Shown: positions 9,596 through 19,341, counted from the stretch's first letter. The stretch is DNA of 64,000 nt from a virus (IMGVR_UViG_3300028603_000018:180063-244062); one strand, 5' to 3'. A program made the numbers and translations. Notes: generated from the sequence alone by a model not told the origin.

Positions 9596-10917
9596 TATAA
9601 TTAGGACATTTAAATGACTACTATTACTAAAGGTTATAAGTTTAGGTTAGAACCTAACCAAACACAACGTGACCTCTTAGTGAGGTCATTTGGTCATACG
9701 AGATTTGTATGGAATGAACTTTTAGCTCAATCTAAGATTCAATATGAGCTACACAAATTTAATGGGTTAGTAGATAAACCTAATTTGAATGAAATTGAAT
9801 TAGTAAATAAGATTACTAATCTAAAACTCTTTCATCCGTGGTTAAGTGAAGTATCTAACGTAGCACTACAACAAAAGGTCCGAGACCTCGCTTCAGCTTA
9901 TCGACATTGTTTTCGTAATCTCAAACAAGGTAAAATAGCTTTTCCTAAGTTTAAAAAGCGTAATAATCGTAATAGTTTTCGATTAACTAAAAATGGGTTT
10001 AGACTTAAAGATGGTGAACTCTATATCGCTAAGTGCGACCAACCACTAAAAGTCAGGTGGTCTAGAGACTTGCCTTCTGAGCCTTCTAGTTGTACTATTA
10101 GTCAGGAACCCGATGGATCTTATTATGTCTCTTTTGTCTGTCAGGTAGATCCTAAACTTACGAATGGAGTAAAGCAAACAGGGATTGATTTAGGTCTTAC
10201 AGATTTTGCAATATTGTCTGATGGAGGGCGGATAGCGAATAATCGCTTTTTAGTTCAAGCCTTAAACCAGTTAAAACGCGCACAGAAAACACTGAGTCGT
10301 CGTAAAAAGGGTTCTAAGAACCGGAATAAAGCTAGAATTAAAGTCGCTAAACTCTACCAGAAAGTCACGAATCAAAGAAATGACTTCTTACATAAACTCT
10401 CTCGTAAACTAGTGAACGAGAACCAAGTGCTAGTAGTAGAGAGTTTGAATGTGGGCGGGATGATTAAGAACCGTCATTTAGCTAGAGGTATTTCGGATGT
10501 TAGTTGGAGTAGGTTTATAGGTTATTTAACTTATAAATCTAAAGAATCACATCACTGCTCTTTGTTAATGATGGACCCTTTTTATCCTTCGAGTAAACTC
10601 TGTGGAAGTTGTGGAGTGAAGTATGAGAATCTAAAACTTTCTGAACGTCAATGGACTTGTTTTAATTGTCATACTACTCATGACAGGGATCTCAATGCAG
10701 CTCGTAATATTCTAGCTAAAGGTTTAGAAACCTTTAAAAACCTATCTCCAGATTATAGCTGGCTGTCTATACCAGTTATATGTAATAGGTTTAATTAGTA
10801 GTAAATTTACCGTAGGGACTACGGGAGTTGGTCTAAAGACCAACTAAGCTCATGGAGAGGCTGTAGTTTAACCTCAGTGAAGTGAGAACCCTCCTCGTTT
10901 ACGGGGAGGAGGTTCAA
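9554..10917 (+). mobile_element. IS200/IS605-family non-autonomous element (tnpB only); left boundary approximate
   Basis: Left subterminal hairpin ACCTCCTGCCTTTAGACAGAGGT (9568-9590). Right hairpin CCTCCTCGTTTACGGGGAGG followed by terminal TTCAA (10913-10917). No tnpA. Confidence 0.75.
9614..10798 (+). CDS. tnpB: RNA-guided endonuclease TnpB
   Basis: N-terminal KGYKFRLEPN HTH, RuvC-I GIDLG, RuvC-II VVESL, zinc finger CGSC..CFNC and RuvC-III DRDLNAARNI. Confidence 0.95.
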   Translation: MTTITKGYKFRLEPNQTQRDLLVRSFGHTRFVWNELLAQSKIQYELHKFNGLVDKPNLNEIELVNKITNLKLFHPWLSEVSNVALQQKVRDLASAYRHCFRNLKQGKIAFPKFKKRNNRNSFRLTKNGFRLKDGELYIAKCDQPLKVRWSRDLPSEPSSCTISQEPDGSYYVSFVCQVDPKLTNGVKQTGIDLGLTDFAILSDGGRIANNRFLVQALNQLKRAQKTLSRRKKGSKNRNKARIKVAKLYQKVTNQRNDFLHKLSRKLVNENQVLVVESLNVGGMIKNRHLARGISDVSWSRFIGYLTYKSKESHHCSLLMMDPFYPSSKLCGSCGVKYENLKLSERQWTCFNCHTTHDRDLNAARNILAKGLETFKNLSPDYSWLSIPVICNRFN

Positions 10918-10937
10918 TGGAACTGTCTTAGATATTG
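10800..10937 (+). ncRNA. TnpB omegaRNA (reRNA) scaffold plus flanking guide
   Basis: TACCGTAGGGACTACGGGA... scaffold with hairpin TTGGTCTAAAGACCAA, running to the right end. The predicted guide starts at 10918 (TGGAACTGTCTTAGAT). Confidence 0.65.
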
Positions 10938-11026
10938 AGATGTGTCAGAGTAGTTGAAAACAAGAAAAATAAAAGAGAGGGTCTAAACAGACTCTCTCTT
11001 TCAACACTTCTTTTTTTTTTTATTTA

Positions 11027-12349
11027 CTACATCAACTGTTTTTTAGGATCATACTTAGTTGTAGCAAGTGCTGTACCATGCATAGATTTCATTACGATGT
11101 TCATAAAGCGGTTCCCAATTGCAGTGATAGCAGAGCCAATAGAAGTGGGATCAGCAGCTTGCTTAACACCTACACAAGTAGCACAATAGTCGGTATGTTT
11201 TTTAGTACAATAAATAGGACTACGCACTTGTAAGACTTTACCTAAGTATTGCTCAGTGACTTCTTCAGTAATAGGTTTAGTTTTAGCATCTGTCTCATCG
11301 ATATAATAAAAGCCAATTAACTCTTTCGATGTCAAGTTACTTATTTCAATAGGTAGTCCAAAACGTGTACCGCAATCATCACCCACTACGTTAGCATTAC
11401 TAAAGGCACGTAAAAGCCATTTTGCCAATTCACCACCTAATGCAGTCTCCACACCCCGAGAATATGAACCTGATCGGATATTATTAGCGTAATCAGTAAA
11501 ACGAGTTAAATCCCAACCTTCAGATAAAGATTGTTTGATAGGCGTAGCTTTAGGATCTACAACCAATCCTCCTTCTTTACCTGTAAACATGTAAAGCTTT
11601 TTCCTAATAACAGAAACATCTTTACCAGCAGTTAATAAACCTTCTGAAGGATCACCCTTACGATAAGCTTTATCTAACGCTTCTAGTTCTTTACTAATAG
11701 CAGCTTCTACAGCAGGAATATGCAACTGTCCTTCATATTTAGCAAATAACTCATCTCTTTTTTCTTTCATTCCTGGGATAGATCGTAAACTCTTCTCAGT
11801 ATCGCCAGGTGTAAAGAGTAAAGCAAATTCACTAAACATAAAAACTGCTTGAAAATATCTCTCAACATCATCGTAGTATAAATGCTGAGGATTTCTTTCT
11901 ACACCAGGAGGAGGAAGAGGTTGTAGTAAGGCGGGAATTGCTTTCTCAAAATCTTTAGCATTTAGATGAGGTTTGTTATTATAAGGAATGCGGCCAGTAA
12001 AACAAAAATACATAATAGCATTAACGAGTAATTGACCATATGTTGTTTCAATGTCTTCTGTTATAATATCTTTATAATCGCCTGCTTTTAAAGACAGTGT
12101 GTCAGTATGCTCATATAAAGCATCTTGCCAGTTCTCATTATTAATATCAGTAATGGGTGTTAAAGCATTACCATTATTAGGATCAACAAACCCTACCATT
12201 TCTTTAGTCTTAACTAATCGATAAGGATAAGGGTCATATTGCCAGACATCAGGTTTCTCATCAGTCTTAGAGAAAGCATTAATTACCCAGTTAGTATTAT
12301 AATGAGCGTTGTTATTAAGAGCTGTTAGGAAATAGGTCTTCTTATCCAT
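11027..12349 (-). CDS. Virion RNA polymerase beta' subunit fragment (phiKZ gp80-like)
   Basis: SLSEGW, RSGSYSRGVETALGG, DDCGT, VRSPIYC....DYCATCVG and MKSMHG motifs. Confidence 0.88.
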   Translation of the reverse strand: MDKKTYFLTALNNNAHYNTNWVINAFSKTDEKPDVWQYDPYPYRLVKTKEMVGFVDPNNGNALTPITDINNENWQDALYEHTDTLSLKAGDYKDIITEDIETTYGQLLVNAIMYFCFTGRIPYNNKPHLNAKDFEKAIPALLQPLPPPGVERNPQHLYYDDVERYFQAVFMFSEFALLFTPGDTEKSLRSIPGMKEKRDELFAKYEGQLHIPAVEAAISKELEALDKAYRKGDPSEGLLTAGKDVSVIRKKLYMFTGKEGGLVVDPKATPIKQSLSEGWDLTRFTDYANNIRSGSYSRGVETALGGELAKWLLRAFSNANVVGDDCGTRFGLPIEISNLTSKELIGFYYIDETDAKTKPITEEVTEQYLGKVLQVRSPIYCTKKHTDYCATCVGVKQAADPTSIGSAITAIGNRFMNIVMKSMHGTALATTKYDPKKQLM

Positions 12350-13239
12350 TATTGATTCCTATAGGGTTCATTCTTAAAAGTCTCTTTCTCTTTTAGAAAA
12401 TTAAGAAAATCAACTTCAGTCTTTCTTAACTGAGTGCGCATACGAGATACTTGATCACTATTATCAACGTATCGATTAATGACTGGACTCAGTAGATTCA
12501 GTCGAGGTTCAGTTTCTTCAGATAGGATAGCACAAGCATACAGTTCTTTAACTAAGCTTTCTTCTGGTAAGATTAAGAAGTAATCATTTAAAGCAATGAT
12601 GTAATCTTTGATAGGTAGGTTTACAGCCATACCACTTCGAATAAAGCGAGTGATGTTTAAATCATCAATCTTTAAGTAAAGTAAGAAATCTTTAATTAAT
12701 GCTAATTTACTTTTAACAATAGTGCTTTCAACTGTTTCTTCCACAGATTCTAAAGTAGCTTTAGTTTTATAAAGATCTTCTAGTAGGTATAAGGTATTAG
12801 GATGGACATAATTAATCCTAACTAAAAACCATTCTTTATCAAAAACACAAGTAAGAGCTAAGATAGAACAAAACTTACCAATATCATCCTCATCTGAATT
12901 AATAATATCTACGATTAGTTGAGCTTGCTCTAACTCTTGGCATTGCTTTATAGCTCGAAGTAAAATATTTAAATCAGATACAGGTAATGAATCATCTTCT
13001 AGACCAATATAGTGGTCACGAATAATAGTGAATAAGAATTCCCTATAGAAGAAATCAATTTCTTGAACTGCTGTATTGGTATCAATGACTTGACTGTTTA
13101 ATCGTTCTAAAGTATCGATAAAACTATCATCGAAATGCTTTCCACCGAACTCAACCAGTATGTCATCACTATCAGTTAACACAGCTAGGTGCTCAGGCGT
13201 TGTATTGTCTATTAAAAAGTCACGGACTCTATCTAACAT
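12349..13239 (-). CDS. Conserved hypothetical protein, coupled to the virion RNAP gene
   Basis: 296 aa ORF whose stop overlaps the RNAP start. Confidence 0.75.
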   Translation of the reverse strand: MLDRVRDFLIDNTTPEHLAVLTDSDDILVEFGGKHFDDSFIDTLERLNSQVIDTNTAVQEIDFFYREFLFTIIRDHYIGLEDDSLPVSDLNILLRAIKQCQELEQAQLIVDIINSDEDDIGKFCSILALTCVFDKEWFLVRINYVHPNTLYLLEDLYKTKATLESVEETVESTIVKSKLALIKDFLLYLKIDDLNITRFIRSGMAVNLPIKDYIIALNDYFLILPEESLVKELYACAILSEETEPRLNLLSPVINRYVDNSDQVSRMRTQLRKTEVDFLNFLKEKETFKNEPYRNQ

Positions 13240-13382
13240 AAGTCTTCCCTAGAAATAGGAGGGTAATGAATTATTTTTTATAGCGATAGTCCAATAATGT
13301 GAACGATCACGTCTAACATAGAATTCTGCTTAAATGTATTTTTTACTTTACTTTTTATGTTATTTTAAAATGGATTAGAAAA

Positions 13383-13859
13383 ATGCCAGTATCAAAGAAT
13401 AAACGCAATCGCACAAAACGTACACAAAATAAAAACAACAGTATGAAAGGTTGGGATTTATTAAACACAACACACGATGGTGTATTTCATTTATTAAACA
13501 CGCCTCGAATGCTACAACCTCTATTAGAGGATAAACGAATCGATGAGAAGTTCCAAGGAGAGGAGCGAGAGCATTTAGTTCAAGATCTTCAGATTATTGG
13601 TCGAGATGCTCAGCTCATCGCACAGCGCTTGAATGAAGTGGGACAACGTCATGCTGATAAGAAAGGTGAAGTAAAAACACCAGATGAAATTATGGACGTC
13701 ATTGTTATTGATACAGAATATAAGAGTATCTATAGCGAGATGGAAGTTGTCTATAGTCCCACTGTTCTAAGCTTAAGCGCAAGATTAGAGAAAAAGCGAG
13801 ATGAAGTCATTAAAGAACAAAAAGAGCTTCTAGATAAACTCGCTAATGAAAGTGCATAA
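13383..13859 (+). CDS. Hypothetical helical protein with a basic N-terminus
   Basis: 158 aa ORF, first gene of a divergent operon. Confidence 0.75.
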   Translation: MPVSKNKRNRTKRTQNKNNSMKGWDLLNTTHDGVFHLLNTPRMLQPLLEDKRIDEKFQGEEREHLVQDLQIIGRDAQLIAQRLNEVGQRHADKKGEVKTPDEIMDVIVIDTEYKSIYSEMEVVYSPTVLSLSARLEKKRDEVIKEQKELLDKLANESA

Positions 13860-13877
13860 AAACAAAGGTATTTAATA

Positions 13878-15635
13878 ATGTCAGATAATGATCAAAATAA
13901 TCCCTTTATTACCACAGGTAGTGAAGGTAAAGAATATATCTCTCCTCCAGTTCCAGAAGAGTTAAAAGAAGTAGCTGCTGAGTTAAGTGAATTAGTTTAC
14001 CAAAGCAGTGGAGTAGAACCCGCTGAAGCTATCTCGCAACCTACGTATGTAGAAGAAATCGATCCTTTAGATTTAGTTGCTATTGAAGAAGAGGATGAAG
14101 TAAAGTCTACCCCTTCTGTTAGTTCAGACGAAGACCTAGAAGAGATGAGTCCTGAAGAAGAGGATGCTTATAATTATGCAGAAGAGGGACTTAGTGTAGA
14201 TGCTAAGTTAAAATCCCACACTTTAGTTAATAAGTGGAAATCTGATTCTGATACCGTAGTTCAAGAAAGAAATGTTTTTTACCAAAAAGGTGAAGAGAAA
14301 GGATTGACCGGAGTTATTACTGATATCCAAGATATGTCAGTAATTGATTCCATGACAGTGCTTACTGAATCAGATAACCTAAATGCTGAAGATACCTCAA
14401 CAAAGAATTCAGAAGAATGGTTAGTAACTTTCCAAAACAGTGTTTATACTCAACCCTTTGCAGGACAGTTTCTTGATAGTGTTTCACGTAAAGGTTCTCA
14501 ATGGCGTCAAAGCGTTGAGAATGAATCAGGTAAAAACCACATCCATGGATTACGTCCTTCTTCAGGTAAAGGTGAGTTAGTAGGCGCTACAGCAATCTCT
14601 CACTTCCAAACCTCTACTCGCGTAGGTAAAACTATTCGTGTACCGCTTTGGCATTCCGGCTTCTGGATTACTATTAAGACACCTTCCGCTGTTCGTCAAG
14701 CTGAGGCTTTTGATAACCTACGTTCTAGTCGTGTTAAAGCTGGAATGGAGACGTATGGACGTGTCTTTAGTAACTATACTGTTTTTGCTAATTCTATTCT
14801 TTTAGACTTAGCTTACGAGAGTATTGTCATTAGCAGCTTAGATACAGATCCTTCTAATGTACGTCACTATGTTGATACATCAGATATCCCAGCTGTTATC
14901 TGGGCTTTGGCCTCGACTATCTGGCCAACAGGGTTTGAGTATTCTCGCTCTAGGATGGGAGATCCTAACAACGCTGCAAATATCATTCGTCAAGTTATTC
15001 GTGTCGATAACTGTCAATGGACAGATATCACAGAACTGACTGAGTGGCAGCGTAACCACATGGCTAAAAAGACACCTCGCTCTATGTCTGTTGATTTACT
15101 TGAGCGTTATAAAAACGAGTTTACTCGTCGAGTAGATAGAAAAGTAGTTATTCAAGAAGCTACGGATGAACAACCTGAAATTAGTGTTGTCTTAAGAAAT
15201 CCTAAAGCTGAAGAATACATTGAATCAGGACAGCGTTGGATTACTGATATTGTATCTACCTATATGCAGGTAGCAGGTCGACCAGGCGGTGATAAGGCAC
15301 GAGATGATTACGTTTACCGTAATATGCTTTTAACTGAGATGCGAGCTTACGCACACTGGGTAGCAGAGATTCGCCAAGGCTCAGCATTCGTTACTGAACC
15401 TAATTCTATTCTCAATACACTCAATATCCTAAGTGAGTCTGATGAGATCAGAGCTAAGTTCTTCACAGGTGTCTTTAAGTATATTGATGATAGTACTATT
15501 TCTATCATTGCTATTACTACGGATGATGAGAGAGAAGCCCCATTACCTCGATTCCCTTATCTGATTCCTATCGAGCCTGTACACACTTTTTTTACCAGAC
15601 TCGAACAGAAGATGGCAGTCCTTTACAATCAGTAA
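13878..15635 (+). CDS. Putative tail/baseplate-hub assembly chaperone (short form)
   Basis: 585 aa, acidic N-terminus. Ends ...PIEPVHTFF over a T7 slippery run. Function is inferred from this layout. Confidence 0.55.
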   Translation: MSDNDQNNPFITTGSEGKEYISPPVPEELKEVAAELSELVYQSSGVEPAEAISQPTYVEEIDPLDLVAIEEEDEVKSTPSVSSDEDLEEMSPEEEDAYNYAEEGLSVDAKLKSHTLVNKWKSDSDTVVQERNVFYQKGEEKGLTGVITDIQDMSVIDSMTVLTESDNLNAEDTSTKNSEEWLVTFQNSVYTQPFAGQFLDSVSRKGSQWRQSVENESGKNHIHGLRPSSGKGELVGATAISHFQTSTRVGKTIRVPLWHSGFWITIKTPSAVRQAEAFDNLRSSRVKAGMETYGRVFSNYTVFANSILLDLAYESIVISSLDTDPSNVRHYVDTSDIPAVIWALASTIWPTGFEYSRSRMGDPNNAANIIRQVIRVDNCQWTDITELTEWQRNHMAKKTPRSMSVDLLERYKNEFTRRVDRKVVIQEATDEQPEISVVLRNPKAEEYIESGQRWITDIVSTYMQVAGRPGGDKARDDYVYRNMLLTEMRAYAHWVAEIRQGSAFVTEPNSILNTLNILSESDEIRAKFFTGVFKYIDDSTISIIAITTDDEREAPLPRFPYLIPIEPVHTFFTRLEQKMAVLYNQ

Positions 15636-16081
15636 ATGACCAGCCGTTTGTCTTAGACCATGATTTTGGTTTCAGGGATGATCAAGTAGATCCCTATATA
15701 GACAGATTAATTAAGCGAGTGAAAGCAATCAACCCGATTTTATCACATCTCTTACTTATTGGAATGTATCATAAGCATTTTAATATTTGTGATCATAATC
15801 ATGTTGATGCTCCTCCTATGCCAGAACTTGCCTTTCATCACTTGGAAGATACAATGTCTGGTAATCTTTTGTTCGAGTTACCTGAGCGCTATTATGAAAA
15901 GGCTATTCATAAATACTTTCATATTAGCTTGACTGAATTTTTAGAATTACCTATGTTCTATATAGAACACCTTTCTAGACTCTCAGATAAATACTCAGAG
16001 AAAGAAGTAATTCTAAGTAGGGAAATTGAAAACGCTAGTAAAAATGACCCTGCTTTGTTTAAAGGTTTAAAAACTAGGTAA
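15593..16081 (+). CDS. -1 frame extension of the preceding gene (includes ORF 15719-16081)
   Basis: The frame is open from the slippery site to 16081. GTG 15719 has no clear SD. YFHISLTEFLELP resembles chaperone 'GT' extension segments. Confidence 0.6.
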   Translation, partial: YQTRTEDGSPLQSVNDQPFVLDHDFGFRDDQVDPYIDRLIKRVKAINPILSHLLLIGMYHKHFNICDHNHVDAPPMPELAFHHLEDTMSGNLLFELPERYYEKAIHKYFHISLTEFLELPMFYIEHLSRLSDKYSEKEVILSREIENASKNDPALFKGLKTR

Positions 16082-16096
16082 GAGGAAAAATATAAC

Positions 16097-16876
16097 GTGG
16101 CTAAAAGGAAACGTAAAGTGATTCATAATCAAAACGAAACAGCAGATCTACCTCAAGAAGAGAACGATGCTATTGCTGAACAACCTACTCCGGAAGTAGA
16201 AGAAGTAGAAGAAGTAATTGCTGAAACACCTAATGAAGTAGTAGGTGAGGTAGAGCCTTTAGATGAAAAGGTGTTAGAAGAAGATAACGAGGAAGAAGAA
16301 CCTCTAGTTATTTCTGAAGAAGCTCCGGAATCATCCGAAGTTAAAGAAGAAGTTGTAGAGGAACTCATGCCTAATGGTAAAAAGTACCCTGAGTTACTCC
16401 CTCCAGACTTACGGCGTCAATATAGTGCGTTAGATGTTTCAGCTCGTCTAAACATCGATATGATCTTACAGTATATTTTCTTAATGGATAATAGTAAACA
16501 CATCGATCCAATGCGTGGCGCTCAACTTCAAAAACAACTCTTTTATTCATTCTCTTTATTACTTAATGCAAAAGAAGGAAAGTTTGCTACAAATACCGCA
16601 ATTCTTTTCCCATTAGTCGTTAAGCATTTAAAAGGTGTGTTTGCTGAGCGAAACATTAATCGTTTCTATGAGTTTGTTGATGCCAGTGAGCGTGACACTA
16701 AAGCATTACCTTATCTCTTTGAATTAGTACGACTACTTTCTGATCCTAAGAGTCGGGATACTGTTGTTCGAAAGAATATCGGTCACCTCCCTAAAGCTTT
16801 AGAGTTAGCTAGTAGTGATCGTGGTCTAAATGAAGTCGGTCGTTTTAACGTAGCTAATTTCTTAGAATTACGATAA
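16097..16876 (+). CDS. Hypothetical protein with an acidic N-terminal region
   Basis: 259 aa ORF, SD GAGG, GTG start. Confidence 0.75.
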   Translation: MAKRKRKVIHNQNETADLPQEENDAIAEQPTPEVEEVEEVIAETPNEVVGEVEPLDEKVLEEDNEEEEPLVISEEAPESSEVKEEVVEELMPNGKKYPELLPPDLRRQYSALDVSARLNIDMILQYIFLMDNSKHIDPMRGAQLQKQLFYSFSLLLNAKEGKFATNTAILFPLVVKHLKGVFAERNINRFYEFVDASERDTKALPYLFELVRLLSDPKSRDTVVRKNIGHLPKALELASSDRGLNEVGRFNVANFLELR

Positions 16877-16884
16877 TAGAAATG

Positions 16885-16920
16885 AAATAGGAGTCTTTAA
16901 AAAGGACTCCTATTTATGCC
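16885..16920. terminator. GCATAAATAGGAG-family hairpin
   Basis: AAATAGGAGTC...GACTCCTATTT-ATGCC. Confidence 0.75.
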
Positions 16921-16962
16921 GTAATCTTAATGAAAGGAAAGATAAGTAAGGAGTCTTATTTC

Positions 16963-17769
16963 ATGTCGGTATTTAAAGAAAATTATAGTAGAGATTTCAT
17001 CCGTAAAATCCAACGAGCATTAAATGAAATTTGCTATAATACAACAAATTTCAAAGCACTTGTGACTGATGGCATTTTTGGAAATCTATCAATCACTATG
17101 CTAAAGACAGCTCAACATATTCTCAATGAACCTCAGACGGGTGTATTTGAAGGTAATGTAAGTCAGCAAGTATTAAAGCTCATTCAAAATAAATACATTG
17201 ATGAACAGCAATTAAGAGAGTTATCTACTGAATATGGAATTGAATTCCCAATGACGATGGCTATCTTTGAAGTAGAAAGTAAAGGAGCTGGTTTCTTACC
17301 AAGTGGACGACCTATTATTCTGTTTGAGCGACATATTTTCTATCGTCAAGTAAGAGACTTTGCAGGTATTAACCGAGCTAATGAGTTAATGAAGCTACGG
17401 CCTGATATCATTAATACTGCTACAGGTGGTTATAAGGGCGGTGAAGCAGAATGGGATCGTCTAAGGGATGCTCGTAACCTATACAACATTCAAGCGCTTA
17501 GATCAGCGTCTTGGGGCTTAGGACAGGTCATGGGGTTTCATGCTGAACGCATTGGCTTCAGAGATGTTACGTTCATGGTTAATAGTGCGGCAGTTAGTGA
17601 GAGACAGCAAGCTGGTATGATGCTTCAGTTTTGTAAAACAGATCCTGCTTTACTCCACGCAATTAGAATCAAAGATTTCCCTGGCATTGCAAAGATTTAT
17701 AATGGTAGTAACTATGCTATTAATAAGTACGATGAGAAGTTAAGAGATAGTTATAAAAAATACGCTTAA
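16963..17769 (+). CDS. Modular endolysin: peptidoglycan-binding domain plus N-acetylmuramidase (DUF3380-type)
   Basis: IQRALN...DGIFG binding domain. VESKGAGF, ILFERHIF, SASWGLGQVMGFH and YNG..Y..N.YD.KL motifs. SD TAAGGAG favours the 16963 start over 16930. Confidence 0.9.
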   Translation: MSVFKENYSRDFIRKIQRALNEICYNTTNFKALVTDGIFGNLSITMLKTAQHILNEPQTGVFEGNVSQQVLKLIQNKYIDEQQLRELSTEYGIEFPMTMAIFEVESKGAGFLPSGRPIILFERHIFYRQVRDFAGINRANELMKLRPDIINTATGGYKGGEAEWDRLRDARNLYNIQALRSASWGLGQVMGFHAERIGFRDVTFMVNSAAVSERQQAGMMLQFCKTDPALLHAIRIKDFPGIAKIYNGSNYAINKYDEKLRDSYKKYA

Positions 17770-17785
17770 CAAAGTAAAATAAATT

Positions 17786-18694
17786 ATGAGCAAAGAACTA
17801 CTACTAGGGTTAAATGAGAGGGGGGGGGGTGAAGATTGGAGTGATGTTCCTCTATTAGGTAGTCGTACCGCCTTACCTAACTTCCCACTCAATATTCTGC
17901 AACCATTAATGTTTGGCGTAGGTGATTATGTCTACGTTATGAGTGGGGGGTTGAACTATGGGTATGGGTATGCAGAAAACAGTAACTTATATAGACGGTC
18001 CATCACTAGTGATGCGGGTGCTTGGACGCTAGTCAATAGTAATAATAATTATCGAATAGAAACTAACGTGGCATCTATTTTTATAGATGGTTTGAACGTA
18101 TTTATAGTCAATTATAGAACAATCCGTTATTTTGATACAAGTACAAATGAAATTGTATTACAAACGTCTCCCTATCCAACGACCAATACAGCATTCTTAT
18201 TTTTAAAAAATACCATTTATGCTTTCACTAGAACTATTGCAGCTCAAATAAAGGTTAAGGGTCTTTATGATAGTGAATGGATAGATACTGGCGTCACTCT
18301 ACCTAATACCGCAATCCTTGGTAATATAGGTATTGTAGATGATGAGATTTATTATATCGAAGGTGGTATTAGTTATCATGTTAATTCAGATACCTTCGAA
18401 GTGACTGAATTACCCTCACCTATAAGACTGGTTACAGGTAAAGGTTTTAATGAAACTCCTACTGCTGTATATACTGCTTATACGTTAACTGGTAATACTT
18501 CTTATAATTATTTAGGTGAAAGATTTAAACATAAAGACTTTTCTAGAAATGGAAACTTTAGTCCGTTATTACGAGGAAGCATAGGTTATTGTATTCACAA
18601 TAAGAGATTCTATTATGTAGATGGGCAGAGCGGAACTCATCCCAATGTTGTTTTCACTAACATAAGTGGAGTATATAACCTAAATATTCCTTAA
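17786..18694 (+). CDS. Kelch/beta-propeller-like protein, possibly virion or tail associated
   Basis: Repeats YVYVMSGG, IYYIEGG and FYYVDG. G10 tract near the 5' end. Confidence 0.55.
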   Translation: MSKELLLGLNERGGGEDWSDVPLLGSRTALPNFPLNILQPLMFGVGDYVYVMSGGLNYGYGYAENSNLYRRSITSDAGAWTLVNSNNNYRIETNVASIFIDGLNVFIVNYRTIRYFDTSTNEIVLQTSPYPTTNTAFLFLKNTIYAFTRTIAAQIKVKGLYDSEWIDTGVTLPNTAILGNIGIVDDEIYYIEGGISYHVNSDTFEVTELPSPIRLVTGKGFNETPTAVYTAYTLTGNTSYNYLGERFKHKDFSRNGNFSPLLRGSIGYCIHNKRFYYVDGQSGTHPNVVFTNISGVYNLNIP

Positions 18695-18706
18695 TAATTG
18701 AGTATT

Positions 18707-18729
18707 AATTTATTATAACCATATATCAC
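18707..18729 (+). promoter_or_regulatory. Early-type phage promoter
   Basis: AATTTATTATAA-N3-TATATCAC. Confidence 0.6.
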
Positions 18730-18790
18730 TATAGTGTTAGTTATAAATAGCTATAAGTTAAATTCAATTATATAAAGGAATAGTTAACTG

Positions 18791-19075
18791 ATGTCTAATG
18801 AGCATATTTTTGTAATTATTACATCTTTCATTATTCTTTGTCCAGTATTCTTCTATATAGAAAAAAAGATTAAAGAGTATTTAAGTAGAGTAGGAGGAGT
18901 TGATAGCTCTCTCACTACCTCCCTTGCTTTTTTAATTAGTGTTAGCTGTATTACTATTATTTCTTTTATAGTAACGGTAATAACTCCAGTAGGAGGGCAA
19001 GTAATTCTTCGACCAATTCTTTTATTGATTCTATCTATTCTACTGATAGTCTCTATTAAACGTTTTTGTCGTTAA
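18791..19075 (+). CDS. Small membrane protein (about 3 TM)
   Basis: Hydrophobic segments; lies downstream of an early-promoter motif. Confidence 0.7.
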   Translation: MSNEHIFVIITSFIILCPVFFYIEKKIKEYLSRVGGVDSSLTTSLAFLISVSCITIISFIVTVITPVGGQVILRPILLLILSILLIVSIKRFCR

Positions 19076-19088
19076 ATACTTAGTAAAT

Positions 19089-19120
19089 AATAGGAGTTCT
19101 GAAGAACTCCTATTTATGCC
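19089..19120. terminator. GCATAAATAGGAG-family hairpin
   Basis: AATAGGAGTTCT-GA-AGAACTCCTATT-TATGCC. Confidence 0.75.
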
Positions 19121-19134
19121 GTAAAATGTAATCT

Positions 19135-19157
19135 AGAAATAATCAATTATATATAAC
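19135..19157 (+). promoter_or_regulatory. Early-type phage promoter
   Basis: AGAAATAATCAA-N3-TATATAAC. Confidence 0.65.
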
Positions 19158-19207
19158 TAATAGGAATACAAATAGAAGTTCAATAAACTCAGTTAGGAGA
19201 AATTCTC

Positions 19208-19330
19208 ATGTTAGATTTGATTAAGAGTAATAGTTACTCAATAGCTATTATATTAGCCTACAGTATTGTTGTCGGTTATACTGAAGGAATAGTTAAGGCT
19301 AAAAAGAGAAAGAATATTCTTTCAGATTAA
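19208..19330 (+). CDS. Small single-TM protein (40 aa), not in the ORF track
   Basis: SD AGGAG. MLDLIKSNSYSIAIILAYSIVVGYTEGIVKAKKRKNILSD. Confidence 0.6.
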   Translation: MLDLIKSNSYSIAIILAYSIVVGYTEGIVKAKKRKNILSD

Positions 19331-19341
19331 AGGAGAGTATA

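Noticed and set aside
10935-11189. 84-aa plus-strand ORF after tnpB
   Set aside because: It crosses a terminator and poly-T run and runs antisense into the virion RNAP gene.
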